DNA from: Moniliella sp. 'wahieum'
Lineage: Eukaryota
DNA: 64,000 nucleotides
Direction of reading: 5' to 3'
NCBI GenBank assembly: GCA_003971905.1
Contig: RSEE01000020.1
Location: 124,001-188,000 of the forward strand
Part shown: positions 39,300 to 53,300 of the stretch, one piece after another
Numbering within the stretch: the stretch's first letter is position 1
How the letters are laid out: each line of letters opens with the position of its first letter
Made by a program: the position numbers and the translations under genes
The notes under the pieces: generated by a model
Databases searched by the model: none
What the model was told of the DNA's origin: nothing
Seen by the model: only the letters and a program-made list of their open reading frames with translations

Positions 39300-40530
39300 G
39301 TTGATGCTTTCCTGCTTGGCAGCCATATAGGCCAAGCCAGGCCAGCTGCCGGCCACGTGTGAGTCGCCCTCTCTATAGAAGCTGTCCAGGGAGAAAATTT
39401 GTCAGTTTAAAAGTTGGGTCGGGGCGTGCGACCAGTTTCGTCGCCTTCCAACAGAGTGAACACGTCCACCTCCCAACCGAGCAAGAGCGGGCCGCGGTAC
39501 TCGCGGGGCGCATGTCCAAAACCACTTCTTCCACGCGGTGGCCCGCGGCCAAGTCGGTGCAGGTAGCGCGGAGATGGTCTTGGATCAGGGCCAGGCCCTC
39601 GCTGGCCCGCACCCGTTCGCGCGCCATGCATAATCAGCAAATCCTCCAGCCGTTCGGGCGAAAAGGCATGCGCCTGGTCCACGCCGGCGGGAAGCGGTCG
39701 GTGCACCAGGGGGACGGATGAGGCACCATCCGCGCCGGGTTGCGGCCCGTTGGTTCCAGCCCAGCGACAATTTGCGGCAACAACACCTCGGGCGCATAGG
39801 GATCCGTATCCAACATCGATGCTCGTCCCGCCGCCGGCAGGGAGCCCACCCGGAGCGACATCGATGGTTCTCCTTCCTGCTGATTGTTGGGGTCGCTCCG
39901 CTCTCCGCGCGCGAGAGGACAGATGAGTTCGTGGACGCATAGCAGTCCGGCCGTGTACAGTGCATGCCGTCCCCACCAAATCCTCCGCCCCCACTCGAGC
40001 CGAAGGAGACGCGGGATGAGGCGGAAGGCGCGACCCAGGGCCCAGGCCCGGTCCTGGGCTACCCCACTCGCGGTATAGGGCGTGTAGAGCGCGGTCAACA
40101 TTAGGCTCAGCAAGCGCGTTTGCAAAGCACATGGTCGCGGCCCAGTTGGTCCAGAAGGGTTTGCATCGCATGATCCATCTCTTGGATCTGCACAATGCCC
40201 CGCACTTGGTCCCTACTGCTCCTCGAAGGAGCATGGTACAACGATGCCCACCACCTTGCGCGACCATTCTGCTACACCCATGGCAACGACCAGTCCGACC
40301 ATGCCGACACCGGGGTGGAAGTAATGGAAGCCCATCCCACCAAGGGGGTGCATACCATCCAATCGGCTACCAGGAGGCCCTGCCACAACTCAGCATCTCC
40401 CTGGGCCGTCGAGAGGGGCAATCCCAGTTCTTGCGCGGTAGTAAGGCAGGTTTTCAGCAGCTCAGCCCGCCCGAGGGGGCTACTTCTAGAAGCTCCGGCA
40501 GTCGTAGCTCTTAGACTTCTCTCTTCCACT
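39300..40530 (-). CDS. Hypothetical protein (fragmented; limits approximate)
   Basis: Chain of overlapping - strand ORFs with protein-like composition (RAELLKTCLTTAQELG…, ERLEDLLIMHG…, LALIQDHLRAT…); no family recognised. Confidence 0.35.
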
Positions 40531-43309
40531 CCCTCCTCCTCCTCCCTCTCCGCTACTCTCTACTATCGCTCACCAGCAATCAATCCCTATCATCTATTGA
40601 CCCCAGTTCTTGATTGCTGTCTCGCTTGGCATCGGGATCCGGTCACATCAATTCACCAATCAGTTCTACGTCCAATTGCACGTCCAACGTCCAAGCCAGC
40701 GTGCACAAGCACTGCCGCATGTCACCATGTCACCTGCGTTGCGGACCATATATCATATCTCACCTTCTCGGCCGCTAGCCAAGACCAAGACGCGTGGCGC
40801 TCCGCGCTCAGACCATCGATTGATCTATCGATTGAGAACAATCGACCGCCATTACTCATCCGTCGCGCAGCACCCCGAGGGACAAGTAGGGACCGGGCGG
40901 CACACTGGTTGCGCCCAGGTGGTGAAGATGGCGTGGATGGGATGCGGGGCTGGTCCTGCTCAGGCTCACGCAGACGTGGGGACCGGCGCTCGAGTGGTCT
41001 AGGGATCTACCCGAGCTAGCATCAGCCGGTGGGGTGGGGCAGTCGGGGGGCGGGTGCTCGGCGAAGCACGCTGATCGGATCGGAGATCGGAGATCGTACC
41101 AGTGATCGAGTCACTAGTCAAGCTAGTCATCGATAGTCACTAACACTAATCGATCATCGATCACTTTTATCAGGCATCGATGCGTGTGATGTGTTGAAAC
41201 GCATGACATGTGACATGTGACATGGAGGCCCATCGCTCTCGCCCCGCAGCCGTGCGTCTTGTCCAGCACCGTCCCATCTCGTGCGCCTACCTCCTCTCTC
41301 CCCTCGCCCTCCCAATGCAGGCAGCAACCCATCGAAACCGCCATAGCCGCGCCCCGTCCCTAGCGCTGCGTCCAGCCTACCTGCGCGCCGGACCAATGGC
41401 GTGAGTTGCCATCCAACGCATGCGCCGACGGCGAGAACGGGTGGTGAGGCCAGAGCGTACCACGTACCGCCTCCCGCCAGACCGGGCGATCGACCCGGCC
41501 CCAGCACCGGCACTGTGCCAGCCCGCGCTCTGCCACCAGCGCCGACGTGCCGGGCTCAGCACTGGCTCCTCCTCGGCTGGCGCCCGCGCTCCACTCCCCC
41601 AGTGGAGGCTCCCCCACCGCGCACCGAGGCACGTTCGCCGATTCGCGTCACAGGCAGCGGCGACGGCAGCATAATGCGCGCCCCATGGTAGCTCCCCGGC
41701 CTGGCGCGCAGCTGCGGCGAGGCCGGGTCGCCAAGCCGCTGATATTAACTATCTACCACCACCGAAAACTCGCTGGTCCGAGGCGGAGAGAGCGAACGAG
41801 GTCGGCTTGGCGATGGCAACAGTAACGGTAACGGTACCGTACCGGTGGGGATGATGTACAAGCTTCGCCGCTCTGGCGGGAGGAAGGGGGAGGTGGACAG
41901 AGGACCCGGGGCAGGGGGAGGACACTCGGGTGCCGCGTGTCCGCCAACGACGCGGGAACAAGGGACGGAGGAGGCATGTCTGGGTGGGCCAAGACGGGTG
42001 ACATGGTTGTCATGCTGCCGCCCAAAGGCGACAGGGCAGGTACAGGAGGCGCTACAGTAGGAATCCCATGCGCGTAGGATGCGGTCTCGGCAGCGTAGTT
42101 GCGTCCCGACGTTTGGAAACGCTTTGGAGGCGGTAGGGAGAGGTGGGCGACGGATGCGTGGAGACGTGGAGGGGGTGCAGGAGGTGGCTCAGGGACTGGA
42201 GGGGAACAAGGGGTTGTGTTGGTACGTGGAACGGCATATTACATTCGGAGCGAGTTGAGGACTGAGTTTGGGACCGGGACCGAGGTTGAGAGTGTAACGC
42301 AAAGGGGGGAGCCGGCTACTAAGTTCGCACTGGGGGGCTGAGAGACGTGCCTTGTGGCCATGGAGAGGGCGATTGACGCTTCTGTTGCCAGCGTGGGCGC
42401 GGGTGTCGAGGGTGGCACAAAAGGAGCGATAAACTTCTCGCCCGTGACAAACGAATGAAGACGAGCTTGATGGGGAGTCCACCGTTCAAGGGGTCCATCT
42501 CGCGCAAGCCCTGCAGAAAGTCAATGAAGCAAAAAGTACGCTGAGTTTGTTCTCGACTGTCGTTGTAGCTCTCCTCCGCTCAGGAAGGGCGAGAACTGTG
42601 TCGTGAACGGGCGCTGGGGTAGGTGCGGATAATGTCAGCGCTGTCAGCGAGGGTGCTTGCGGCAAAAAACTTTTTCGTTGGTGGCTCGTTGGGCTTGCCG
42701 GGTGCTCGTGCGTTAATGCCGTTGGTCAGGTTAATGATACTACGCTGTCAAGTCGGGATAGGAGCTGCTGCGTGGCCCCCAGTCTCGTACATTTTTCTCA
42801 ACCCATCAGGAAATCTTCATCTGACCGCCCGAAAGAATGTATAACTTCTGTCCCGCTGCACAACCAATCTGAAGAGTGCCTGGCAGATTCGGCAAACGAA
42901 CATGCCGGTCAGTCGAGCCGGACTAGATGTTGGCTCAAAAAATCAGTGAAGCGCGCACACCACTGGACCCATGACGCTGAGGCAGCTAAAATTTGCATCC
43001 TGAGGCAGATATCCTTGTGAGGCTCCAGCGAGCCTGTCCCCACAGGCCGCATTAGCTGTGCCTGGCCTGAGGAGACCAAATCGATTCGTACAGAAGAGGC
43101 GGCGCGGGGGCGGAGCAGGGCGGAGAAGGGGTGAGCAACCCTACCGAGAAACGCGAAATGCTGCGGGTGCGTTCGCACTGCCCCCCTGCCTGGTTTTGTC
43201 CAACCCTACTGCGGGGCGCGGAGGTGGGCACGGCTGCGAGCGCTGCGCTTGCCCATGGCCGCCGTCGCTGGGTCTGGTGGCACTGAGACGAGCCACCAAC
43301 CCAACTGCC

Positions 43310-43821
43310 ATGCCCACCCGTCTGCACAACACGCGCAAGCACCGTGGCCACGTGTCCTCTGGCCACGGCCGTATTGGGTGCGTACTCTCCCCCGTCTGTT
43401 GCTTGTTCTCCGTTGGGCGCAGTTGGCGCTGACGCTCTGGCCTCAGCAAGCACCGCAAGCACCCGGGTGGTCGCGGTCTCGCGGGTGGTCAGCACCACCA
43501 CCGCACCAACTTTGACAAGTACCACCCTGGGTACTTTGGTAAGGGGGTATGCGCCACTTCCACCAGCTTGACAACCACTACTGGCGCCCGGTGATCAACC
43601 TGGACAAGCTCTGGACCTTGGTCCCGGCCTCGGCGCGGGAGGGTCTGACGGCAAGCTCGACCGAGGTGCCGGTGATTGACACGCTGGCCGCCGGCTACGG
43701 CAAGGTGCTCGCCAAGGGCAACCTTCCCAAGCTCCCCTTCATTGTCAAGGCGCGCTTTGTCTCGGCCGCTGCCGAGTACAAGATCAAGGAGGCTGGCGGT
43801 GTGATCCAACTGGTGGCGTAA
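43310..43821 (+). CDS. RPL28: 60S ribosomal protein uL15 (yeast L28 / mammalian L27a); intron 43378-43446
   Basis: [78 protein letters not shown]. Confidence 0.97.
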
Positions 43822-43985
43822 GCGTACCCCCCTATCAGGTCTTTCCTGTTCGACTGGATTCATTCGCACTCTTTGGTTTTCGCTGATTACATCCAACGGG
43901 CATAGATTCACACTCTCCTCACATAGCAACCTACCCCCTGTTTGCCTTGGTCGGTACCGGTCGTGCCGGGCGGCCGCGTGCCATG

Positions 43986-46209
43986 CTACGCTACTGGCGG
44001 GAGTGGCGGGCTCCGGGGCATATGACTGGGGCGAGGGCTGTTGTACGGAGAAGAGTCGACGGAAGAGCGGGGACTAGCGGTACGTAAGACGGGAGGTACG
44101 CCCAACCGTGGCTCGGGCGGCGCCCGAGGGCTGGCAGACGGGTGGCCCGCACGGTGAGGGGGCCCAGGAGGATAGTGAGACTGGTGGCTGGCACTTGTTG
44201 GTGGTAGTGGCCCAAGCCGGCGACGAGGCTCGGCTCGCAGGCGACCTAGCACCACTCCCTGTTCGGTATATACGTCGAGCCACTGCGCCGCCGCCGCCCA
44301 ACTGCTCCTCCACCGTGTTGGTTGGGATGGAAAGGGGCATGCGCAGCAGCTGCGCGGCCAGCTGGTCAGTGGCACAGGTGGGGCTGTCCGAGCCTGCGTA
44401 CGACTGAAGGATGGAGTGCAGGAGGAGGAGAGGATCGCGGCCGGCACTCTCCTCGTCGGGGTGGGCGGGAGATGAGGACGTCCATCATCGGCACTGGCGT
44501 GAAGAAAAAGAGGTCGGACCAGACTTTGGCGACGGATGACGACGCCTTGGGTCCGGGGAAGCGAAGGGGCAGGAGGGTGCATGGACCACCAGTTGGACAA
44601 CAGTGCGTCGGGACCGCCCGGCCCCGATTCCGACCCCGTTCTCTCGTCCTGCATCGCACCCCCTGCATCAGGCATACCCGAGAACGGAGGCTGGTCAGGA
44701 AGTTGTCCGTACTGGGACACTGGATCCGGGGAGGGTGGCGATCCTCCAAAATCCCCGTTTGTTCCCGATGGGAGCGGCGATTGGTATGCGGCAGTGAGCC
44801 CGACAGTGTATGTTCCACTGGGGCCCGTACTGCTGAGCCCGACTTGGGCCTGCGCGCCCCATTGAATTCCGAATGGGCCCTGGGGTTGGGAAGGAACGGT
44901 GCTGGGAGGGGGGACTGGTAGGTACACTTACTTGATAGGGGGTAGGGGCAAATAAACCCCGGCAGAGCTGGGTGTGACAGGAGCCGGGGCCCAACCCCAA
45001 AGTGGCTCGGCTGAAACAGCAGAACCTAGAGAGACTTCATGGGTTGCATGCATAACACCGTCTTTGGGCGGAAGGGGCGGCGGCGAGTCAGGGTCGTCGT
45101 GCTGCTGTCCACGTGGATGGAGGTAGGTGGGCTTGCGCAAGGGCCGAGGCGGTTTGCTAGGTGCAGGTGATGCAGCTGCAGGTTGTTGAGGCGGTGAGCG
45201 GGGGACAGCAAAGTTGGAAGGATGCCTATGTACAGATCCGGGAGGGCGAGCGGGGCCCTGCTTGGCATTTGCAGTGGCGGTGCCCCACTGCCCCAGAAGC
45301 CTGTGTTGACCAGAGTGGCAATGTAACAGGTCATCTCAAAGGCACGCTCTGCCTTGTGATGAACACTAAAGGCCCAATCGGAGGTGCGTTCAACAGTGGT
45401 GATAAAGAAGAAGACGTCTCCCTCGCGCAAATCATAAGAGGGCGCATAGGTTTGCATGATCCAGCCCATATGCTGGAGAGGTAATTGCGGACAACACTTG
45501 TGCCAGACTCAGCTCGCGTTCCACCGGGTTGCGCAAAACCATGATCGCGCCATCGTCGCGGCCAACGGTAAAGCCCCGCGTGCCGCCGACGGGGACGCCG
45601 TGCACGGGGAAACCTCCTCCAGGAGCAGCCTTGACCAGCTGACGTCACGCGAAAAGCGCGGTGCATAGGAAATCTGGTGCCGTTGCAGGTTCAACGCAGC
45701 CGGGTCAAGAGGCGGAGGGGGCGGGCCGACGGGATAGCGGTGGGAAGGCAAGCGCAGCATATCTCTCAGCGAGGAATGCCGCCGCAGCTGGCTGGAGGGC
45801 GAAGACGTGGAGAAGGGCGGGGGGTGCAGGTGGATGGAGAGGCCGGGCTGGAGGAGGTGGATGGAAACTGCGGGACACCGTCGTAGCGGGGGGGACTAGA
45901 GGAGGAGAAGAGGCGGGTGGAGCGAGTGCGGCTGCGGCTGCGACTGGAGCTGCGGCTGGGGGGGGCTGCAGGCAGGGCTGATGCTGATGCTGCGGGGGAG
46001 CGGGCGAGGCTGCGGCTGCGGCTGGGCATGCTCAGCAGCGGCAGGAGGGGGGGCGGGGGGGCCGTCGAGGGCGTTGAAGAGGACCTGGACATGGCCGTCG
46101 CGCTCGAACGCCACGTCGCCGACGCGGGCTGAGTAGGGATACACAGCGCATTGCCCTCGCAGACGGTGTAGAGGGAGCTCTGGAAGACGTGGTGCAGCGC
46201 GGCGACCAT
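43986..46209 (-). CDS. Hypothetical protein; N-terminal domain possibly gasdermin-like, long Pro/Ser-rich tail; frameshifted
   Basis: Stitched frames: EGNALCIPTQP..VGDVAFERDGHVQVLFNAL…GFTVGRDDGAIMVLRNPVER…VRNYL…WIMQTYAPSYDLREGDVFFFITTVERTSDWAFSV. Confidence 0.6.
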
Positions 46210-46656
46210 GCGTGCGGAGAGGAGGGGGGGGGGCGGTGGGGAGCACCGCACGAGGCGCGGGCAGCCGCGTGCTTGTGGGGATGTGGCGGGGACGCGGTGG
46301 CGGGCGCCGGTGCCCCGTAGCGCACGTGACCAGTGTGACGCGGATGGCAGCGCCATTAGTAAGGCATTCCACGTGGCAGGGACAGGGGTGGGGTGACGTC
46401 ATTTGCCGTCATCAGTGCGTTATCGTGGGAGCAGGCGGCAGTGCGAGCAGGTGTGTGTGCTGCAGTGCCAGCGGGTGCGCAGCCGCAGCGTCGCTGGCTG
46501 CGCGGGTGGGTGATGCATGATGCATGATGGCCTGCTCACCAAGCGCATCCAGCACGCAGCTGCGCACCCGACACGGACCGCCACGCCGCCAGCGCCAGCA
46601 GCCGCCGCCCCCCGCCTCCGCCCGCCCCCCCCCCTGTTCCCCGCTGCCTCGCCACG

Positions 46657-49600
46657 ATGCCCGCTGCGCATGTCGCGCTGTCGCCCAGCGAGGCGCCGGC
46701 CTTCGCCCATCTCTGGCGCCTCGCCGACCCCGCCAACACCGGCCGCGTCACCGGCCCCGACGCGGTCCGCTTCTTTGCCTCGGCCGGCCTGCCCGCCGCG
46801 ACGCTCAGCGACATCTGGAGCCTGGCCGACCACGACCAGAACGGCTTCCTGACCCCGCCCGCCTTCAATGTCGCCCTCCGCCTCGTCGCCCACGCCCAGC
46901 GCGGCCAGCCCATCACCCCCGCCCTCATCGACCAGCCCGGCCCGCCGCCCCGCTTGGCCGGCCTTCCCCCACCCCCTCCCCCCGCCCCCTCGTCGGCCCT
47001 CCCGCCCCTTACTGCCGACGACCGTGCCCGCTTCAGCCGCATCTTTGCGTCCGCTTCCCCCCTCGGTGGCCTGCTCGACGGCGACAAGGCCCGCGACATC
47101 TTTCTCAGGTCCAACCTGCCCTGGGACAAGCTCGGTGCCATTTGGTCTCTCGCCGACACGCGTGAGCGTGGGCGCTGGACGTGACTGACTTTACGGGGCA
47201 TGTACTTTATCCAGCACACCATGGACGGCGATCCCCTCCCTGCCTGCATCCCTGCCGCTGGCCTCTATGAGCAGGCCGCCGCCGGCGCCCCTGCTCCCGG
47301 CCCTGTTGCCGCCCCTCCTTCTGTCCTGGGCGGCATCTTTGGAAACGACCGGTCCTCGTCCCCGCTCCCGCTCACAGCGCAGCACACAGGTGCGTCAGCT
47401 GGCTTTGCCAGTGCGCCTTCGGCGGTGCGCGGCAGATGACGGGCGGCGTGTCGGCGCAACACACTGGCATTGCGTCTCAATACACGGGGTTGCGGCCTCA
47501 ACCGACGGGGTGAGTGCCCAGCATACGGGCCAAGCTTCCTTCCGCTCGGCTTCTGTTGCTCCTCCTGCACCGATGGGGACAGCATGGGATGTGAACCCCA
47601 GCGAGAAGGCCAACTTTGATCGTTACTTTGATGGGCTAGACACGGCCAGACGGGTGCGGTGGACGGCGCGGCGGTTGTCCCGTTCCTGATGCAGTCCAAG
47701 TTGGACGAGGCAACGCTGGCTCATGTATGGTAAGTATTATTTTCTTCCCCCTTGTGGTATCTGCTCTTTTCTCTCGACCAACCCCTGCGGAGAGCTAACC
47801 TTCATGTGCCTCTGTAGGGATTTGGCCGACATTACCCAGACCGGATCCCTTTCCCGGGACGAGTTTGCAGTGGCCATGCACCTCATCAATCGCAAATTGA
47901 GAGGGCAGGATGTTCCGGCTACCCTACCTTCGACGCTCATCCCGCCTTCGCTACGTCACATCTCTGTCCCTGCTCCCGAGCCCCAGAATGAGACGCAGCG
48001 CGACCTCTCTTTTCATTAATGGACGATGATGCACCGCTACCCCAGGTGCCGATTCGGGCCGACTCGGCGTTCAGACCGCCCAGCTTGGCGGGAAGCAATA
48101 CGCCCAACAAGGCCATCGCTCTCCTGGTATTGCCTCTCCCTCTTTCGGTGCCAATCGAAATCCTCCAACGGCGACCAATGGGTTTGAGAACAGTTTCAGC
48201 CCCCGTGTGGCTTCTCCTGTCGCATCGGCTGGTCCATCGAGTGCAGTTGCTCCTCCCGTTGCTACTACGGCTACCGGGTGGTTCTGCAGCTGTGGAAGAG
48301 AAAGTGAGAACATTTTTGATGCTGCCGCTTCTGCGACTGGTCCCGGACGGTATGGAGAGGTTCAAAGCGAGTTAGAGAAGGAGCGGAAGGCATGCGGGAG
48401 CTGGAGCGCAAGAACAAGGCGAAAATGGGCGAAGTCGAAACGGTACGCGCTGACTTGATCCACGAGGAAAGCACACTGAGTGCCCTTCAGGCGAACAAAG
48501 ACGAATTGGAACAAGCCCTGTTGAAGGATCGGGAGGAAACGCGGGTTCTGCGCACTCGCGTGGGGGAATTGGAGGCCCAGACCAAGACGTTGGAAGAGGA
48601 AATGGAGAAGTTGCGTAAGATGCTCGTCACCAAAGGGGGCTCCATGCCATTGCCCAAAAGCAACTTGCCTCTGCCGAAAGCGAGTGCGAGCGCTTAACCA
48701 AGGAGCTGGAAGAGCTCAAGAACCCTGCTTCAAAGCCTGCCACGCCAGCTGAGGCGGCCCCGGCACCCCACCGGAAGGATAGCGACGCAACGGCCAAAGT
48801 TAAAATCCCTCACGGTGTTGCTACTGTTCCTGCTGCTCCTGCACGGGACCTGAGTAGTAGCCAGCGCAGCGCCAATCCCTTTGGCATTTCCGATGCAGCC
48901 CTTACTTCGGCACCGCCGCCGCCCAAGACCGGTACCAAAGGGTTTGATGATGCATTTGGTGCGTTTGATGTGCCAACCAGCTGCACCTGCCCCCGCGGCT
49001 CCGGGGCCCGTACCGGGCGGCTTCAAGGATGGGTTTGATGATGCTTTCTCCGACTTGGCTCCGCCGCCTCAGGCAACCGCAACTCCAGCTCACGCTCCTG
49101 CTTTGGCCCCAGCCGCTGCGGACGAGGATGACGATTCGTCCGAGGACGATGAAGGTCCCGAAGACCTGGATCGCCCCCGTACTGTACCCCGATGGGACGC
49201 CGCCAGCTCTCGTCGTGTGCCGCCCGCTGTGCCTGGGCGTACGCCCGCGGCGCCAGCGGCCGCACCGCCAACCTCGTCCCTGAACGACTTTGACTCGGCC
49301 TTTGCCGGCTTTGGCCCACCTGCCCCGGCACCCCCGCCGACAGGGGCGGCTAAGGCGGCCGCCTCGGCCGATCCGTTTGAACCAGACTTTAGCTTTGCCC
49401 CCAGTTTTGCTCCCGTCACTAGCACGGCGGCGAGCGCGTCCAAGCCGACCCCCTCTGCCCCCAGCTCTAAAGCGCCTGACTTTTTCCCCGGGTTTGACAA
49501 TTCGTTTGGCTCGGCCGCGCCTGCCCCCACTCGGGCACCAGCGCCCCCCCCTCGTACAGTAACAGCGCATTTGACGATGCTTTTGGTGTCTCCTCTGCAC

Positions 49601-49825
49601 CCGCTGCACCCCCCGCTGCGCCGCCATCCTTTGCCCCGGCACCTGCAGCTGCACCTGCGCCCGCACCCGCACCCGCATCTGCGGCAGAACCCCCAGCCGG
49701 ACGACGCGCGTCCAGTGAAGCAGTTGACTGCAATGGGCTTCCCACGGACCAAGGTACTGGCTGCGCTGGAGGCAAGCAACTACCGTGTGGACCGCGCACT
49801 GGAACGTTTGTTGGCCAACGCTTAA
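46657..49825 (+). CDS. EDE1: EH-domain endocytic scaffold (Ede1/Eps15-like): 3 EH domains, coiled coil, NPF/DPF motifs, C-terminal UBA; intron 47730-47817
   Basis: [86 protein letters not shown]. Confidence 0.92.
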
Positions 49826-50333
49826 GGACCCACCAAACGCTGCATGTGACCGTTTTACGATCGTCCTTCTTCCCCTGTACCGTCCTGCTTGTCTGCTTGT
49901 CTTCCTTTTCCTTTCCTGGCTGTGTCTCTGGATCTTTTTTTCTTGCTTGGGGGACACGAATGCACCTTTTCTTTTGGTCTGGATGCGTACTGGTAACGAG
50001 GCTGATCCCAAGCGCAGCTGGCCGGAGTAAAAGGCAGTCTGGCGCGCAGATTGGCGTGCGCCGGCCAAGCGCCTGTCCTACACAATTGCTAGTACCGCGC
50101 TGGTGCCACCGCGCGGCAGAATCATGGAATGATCACGGGTTTTCCATTCAACTATCACGAGGAACTTTTAACTCTGAGCCGGTGAACGAACAGACAAGCG
50201 TCTGTGTCGCTGGCGAAATTCATAGGGAAAATTGACATTGAAGGAAGTTTTGGTTGTGCCGTTCGTCATGGCCCGAAGGGCAAGGAGAGAACGAAGGAGG
50301 GGCCAGAGGGGAGGGGAGGAAAATCGGCGCTGT

Positions 50334-53300
50334 TCAAGCCCACGTGAGCGAGACGGTCTGATTGGCCGGGAAAGTGTAGTGCACGTTGGTCACGTTGAGC
50401 AGACGACGCTGCGAGTCAAACGAGAAGGTCGCGTTGTGCTGGGCAAACGAGACCGTCTTGGGTGCGTGGGCCAGGTTGAGCAAGACAATGTTGGTAAGTG
50501 CCTGCGCGGGCTGGAACTGGGAGCCCGGAGCGAGGCTCAAGTCGATCTGGTGCTTGTTGTTCTGGTTGTTGGACTGGACCAGGAGCGTCGAGTTGGTCGA
50601 GTAGGGCGCAGGTGTCGTTCCATCGTCCAGGTAGAACGAGGACGAGACGGAACTGTGCTGGTCGAGGTTGACGATCAGGCCGTAGGGTTGCTGAGCGGTG
50701 GCGTTGGTGGTGTGTACTGGGGGTGTTGGTGCGTGAGTAGCGCACGGGCCGGACGGAGGTGAACATTGATGTCGTTCAGTGCAGCCGGGACGGGAACCAG
50801 CTTGTTGGACTGGACCGACAGAGGCTGGTAGGTAAAGATGTTGTACCACGTGCCCTGGGCATCCGGGAAGACGCCCTTGGCTTGGGTTGCGTTCGGCTCA
50901 AACACCGGCGTAACAAGCAACGTGTCGCCCCAAAGGAATTGGCGCGCATCCGACGTGTCGCGCGCAACGTCAAACACGTGCGGGAAGTCGTACCACAAAG
51001 CGCGCAAAGCGGGGGTTCCCTCACGACGCCATCGCCATTAGCGAGTAGAGCGTGGGAAGCAGCTCGTACCGCTTTGCAAACATCTTCCTAGCGGTCGCGG
51101 CCGACTCATCCCAGCGGTAGGGCTCTTGCGAGATAGCCCCCTCCGTGTTGTGCACCCGGAAGAAGGGAGAGAAAGCGCCAACTTGCAGCCAGCGCGTCAA
51201 AATCTCCGCGTCCGTGTTGCGGTTGAAACCACCGACATCCGCGCCCACATGGCTAAACCCAAACATCGAGAAGGAAAGCATGCCTGGAACAATGGAAATG
51301 AGGAGGGTCAGTACCAACAGAAAAGAGAGGAAAGGGAGTGGGTAGAACGGCCAACAGGGTCGCCAAAGAAGAAGAAAAAGCCACGTACCATCAATTGACT
51401 CGGCCAAGCCAGCACCAGCAGTGTAGGTCTCGTTTCCTGACAGGATCCTCCAAATCGAAAAGTTGTCACCCAACCAGTGGCCAGTGTACTTGTTTGCGCC
51501 AGGATAGGTCGAACGGGAAATGAGGAACGGACGCTTGTCGGGCCGCAACTTGGCCACGGCATTGTGAACGTGCATTTCCATCATCGATCCGTCAAGGTTG
51601 TGCACGTCGTACATGACACGAGTGCCGTCTACCCCGGTAGTTTTCATTGCCACCGTCTTCTTGTCGAGATTCAGCTGCAGTGGGCTCTCCATGTAATGAA
51701 GACCGTTGTGAATCGCGTAGGGTGGGTTGCTGAGGTACCGGGTCGTGGCATTCTCATACTCAAAGTCGGGCTCGTCAGGGCCAAACGCCGGATTGAACAG
51801 TTGGTCGGCCGTGTCGAGACCAGGGGGTCCATACGCATTGTTCTGCACCGGTCCAGGGGCATAGGTGCTGGTGCCATTGATGGTGAGGTTGCCCGAGGAA
51901 CCCCAGGTAAGGTTGTTGTACCCTTGCGGCCAGCCTGCAACACTGGTCGAGGGGATGTGGTTGGGCGTGTCGGAGAGGTTAGTCTTGGCGTCGGCAGCAT
52001 TGCCAGGAATAAAGGAGCTCTGCTCGTTCATATCCAACCACAGCCCCGAGAAGGGTACCAAACTAGAAAAGTTGGCAATCACCTCGTCCCACCATTGCGT
52101 TGCATTGGGTGCTTGGTGGTCCACGAAGAGCGCGTAGCCAGGCCACACCTCACCACGTACAACGTGTCGTTGTCTGGATTCTTGAGGAAGACATTGAGCT
52201 CACGACCGCGCGTGGCGGGCCAGTATTCGTCCGTGTCATTCGTTGGCGCATCCGGAATAGCTGCGTCGAGAATAGGAATGTAGTGTTGGCCCTGGGCGTT
52301 GAGCTCGCGCACAAAGTCACCCAGGTCTGCAAAACTGGGGCTGACGGTAAAGTCGCGGAAGGAATGCATGTAGTCAATGTCGTTCCACATGGTCTCGAGC
52401 GGGATTCCAGCCTGTTTCATCGCCGTGACCACCTCCCGGGTGTCATTTACCGAGTGGTAGCCCCAACGACACATATGGAAACCCAAACTCCACAGGGGTG
52501 GCAGCAACGGTGTTCCGATGAAGTTGATGTACTGCTGAATGGCCGTTGTAGCACTGTTGTTCGAATCGTTGTTCTTGTTGTTCCTGTTGTGCTTGGGCGC
52601 CTCAACACTCTCAGCGTCACCAGAGAAGAAACGGAAGTCCAGCGTTCCTCCAATGGCACGGTACTGAATCACGCCGCACGCAGAAGTACATCGAGACCAG
52701 CCGTACTCTGAAGGTACACACCGTGGGTGCGCAAGCGACCATCGTTGCCCTTGCGTGCCTCGATGTAGACGGATGGTATCCGTACATGTTGCTGTTCACG
52801 GGCGTTCCGGCATCGTGGGAAAAACGTCTGCAGCGTGTTGTTCGGGTCGCGCCGCAAGGAGCCAGTCACGTATTCGCCCAGTCCATACAGAGAAGCGTCT
52901 TTGGGTAGCGCCGAAGAAAGCTGAAGATATTGGTTCTCAAACCATTGGGTGGGCTGGCATGGCCGTCGAGTTGCGCTTGCCGTTCACGCTGGTATCGTTC
53001 ATCGGTTCCGTATAAGTGGGCAAGTTGGCATGACGCGTATCAAAGATCACTTCGCCAGTGGACGCTCGCTCAATCCACCATTCCCACGGGGTTGTGTTGG
53101 AGCTGTATTGGAAACGAAGATCATTTTGTGCCAGCGGATAGCCGTGGTCAATCGAGTCGTCCGGGCGATCGAAAAGCAGACCATTGGGGAGCTGGTACTG
53201 CTTCTTGTCCGTGTCGTAGATGTGCACGTGCAGTTGGTGCTTCTTTTCACTGACCACCGCGACAGTGAGGTTTTCAATGTCAAACCCGAAAGCGTGGCAT

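Noticed and set aside
41360..42070. Possible - strand gene upstream of RPL28
   Set aside because: Only low-complexity fragments with an in-frame stop and no family motif; cannot be supported.
42480..43050. Structured ncRNA (snRNA/snoRNA) upstream of RPL28
   Set aside because: No U-snRNA, tRNA or convincing C/D or H/ACA box signature could be identified by eye.
48902..50068. Long antisense ORFs (388 aa here; also 17789-18763, 21193-22170, 51477-52283)
   Set aside because: Shadow ORFs opposite GC-rich real genes, with no recognisable motifs.
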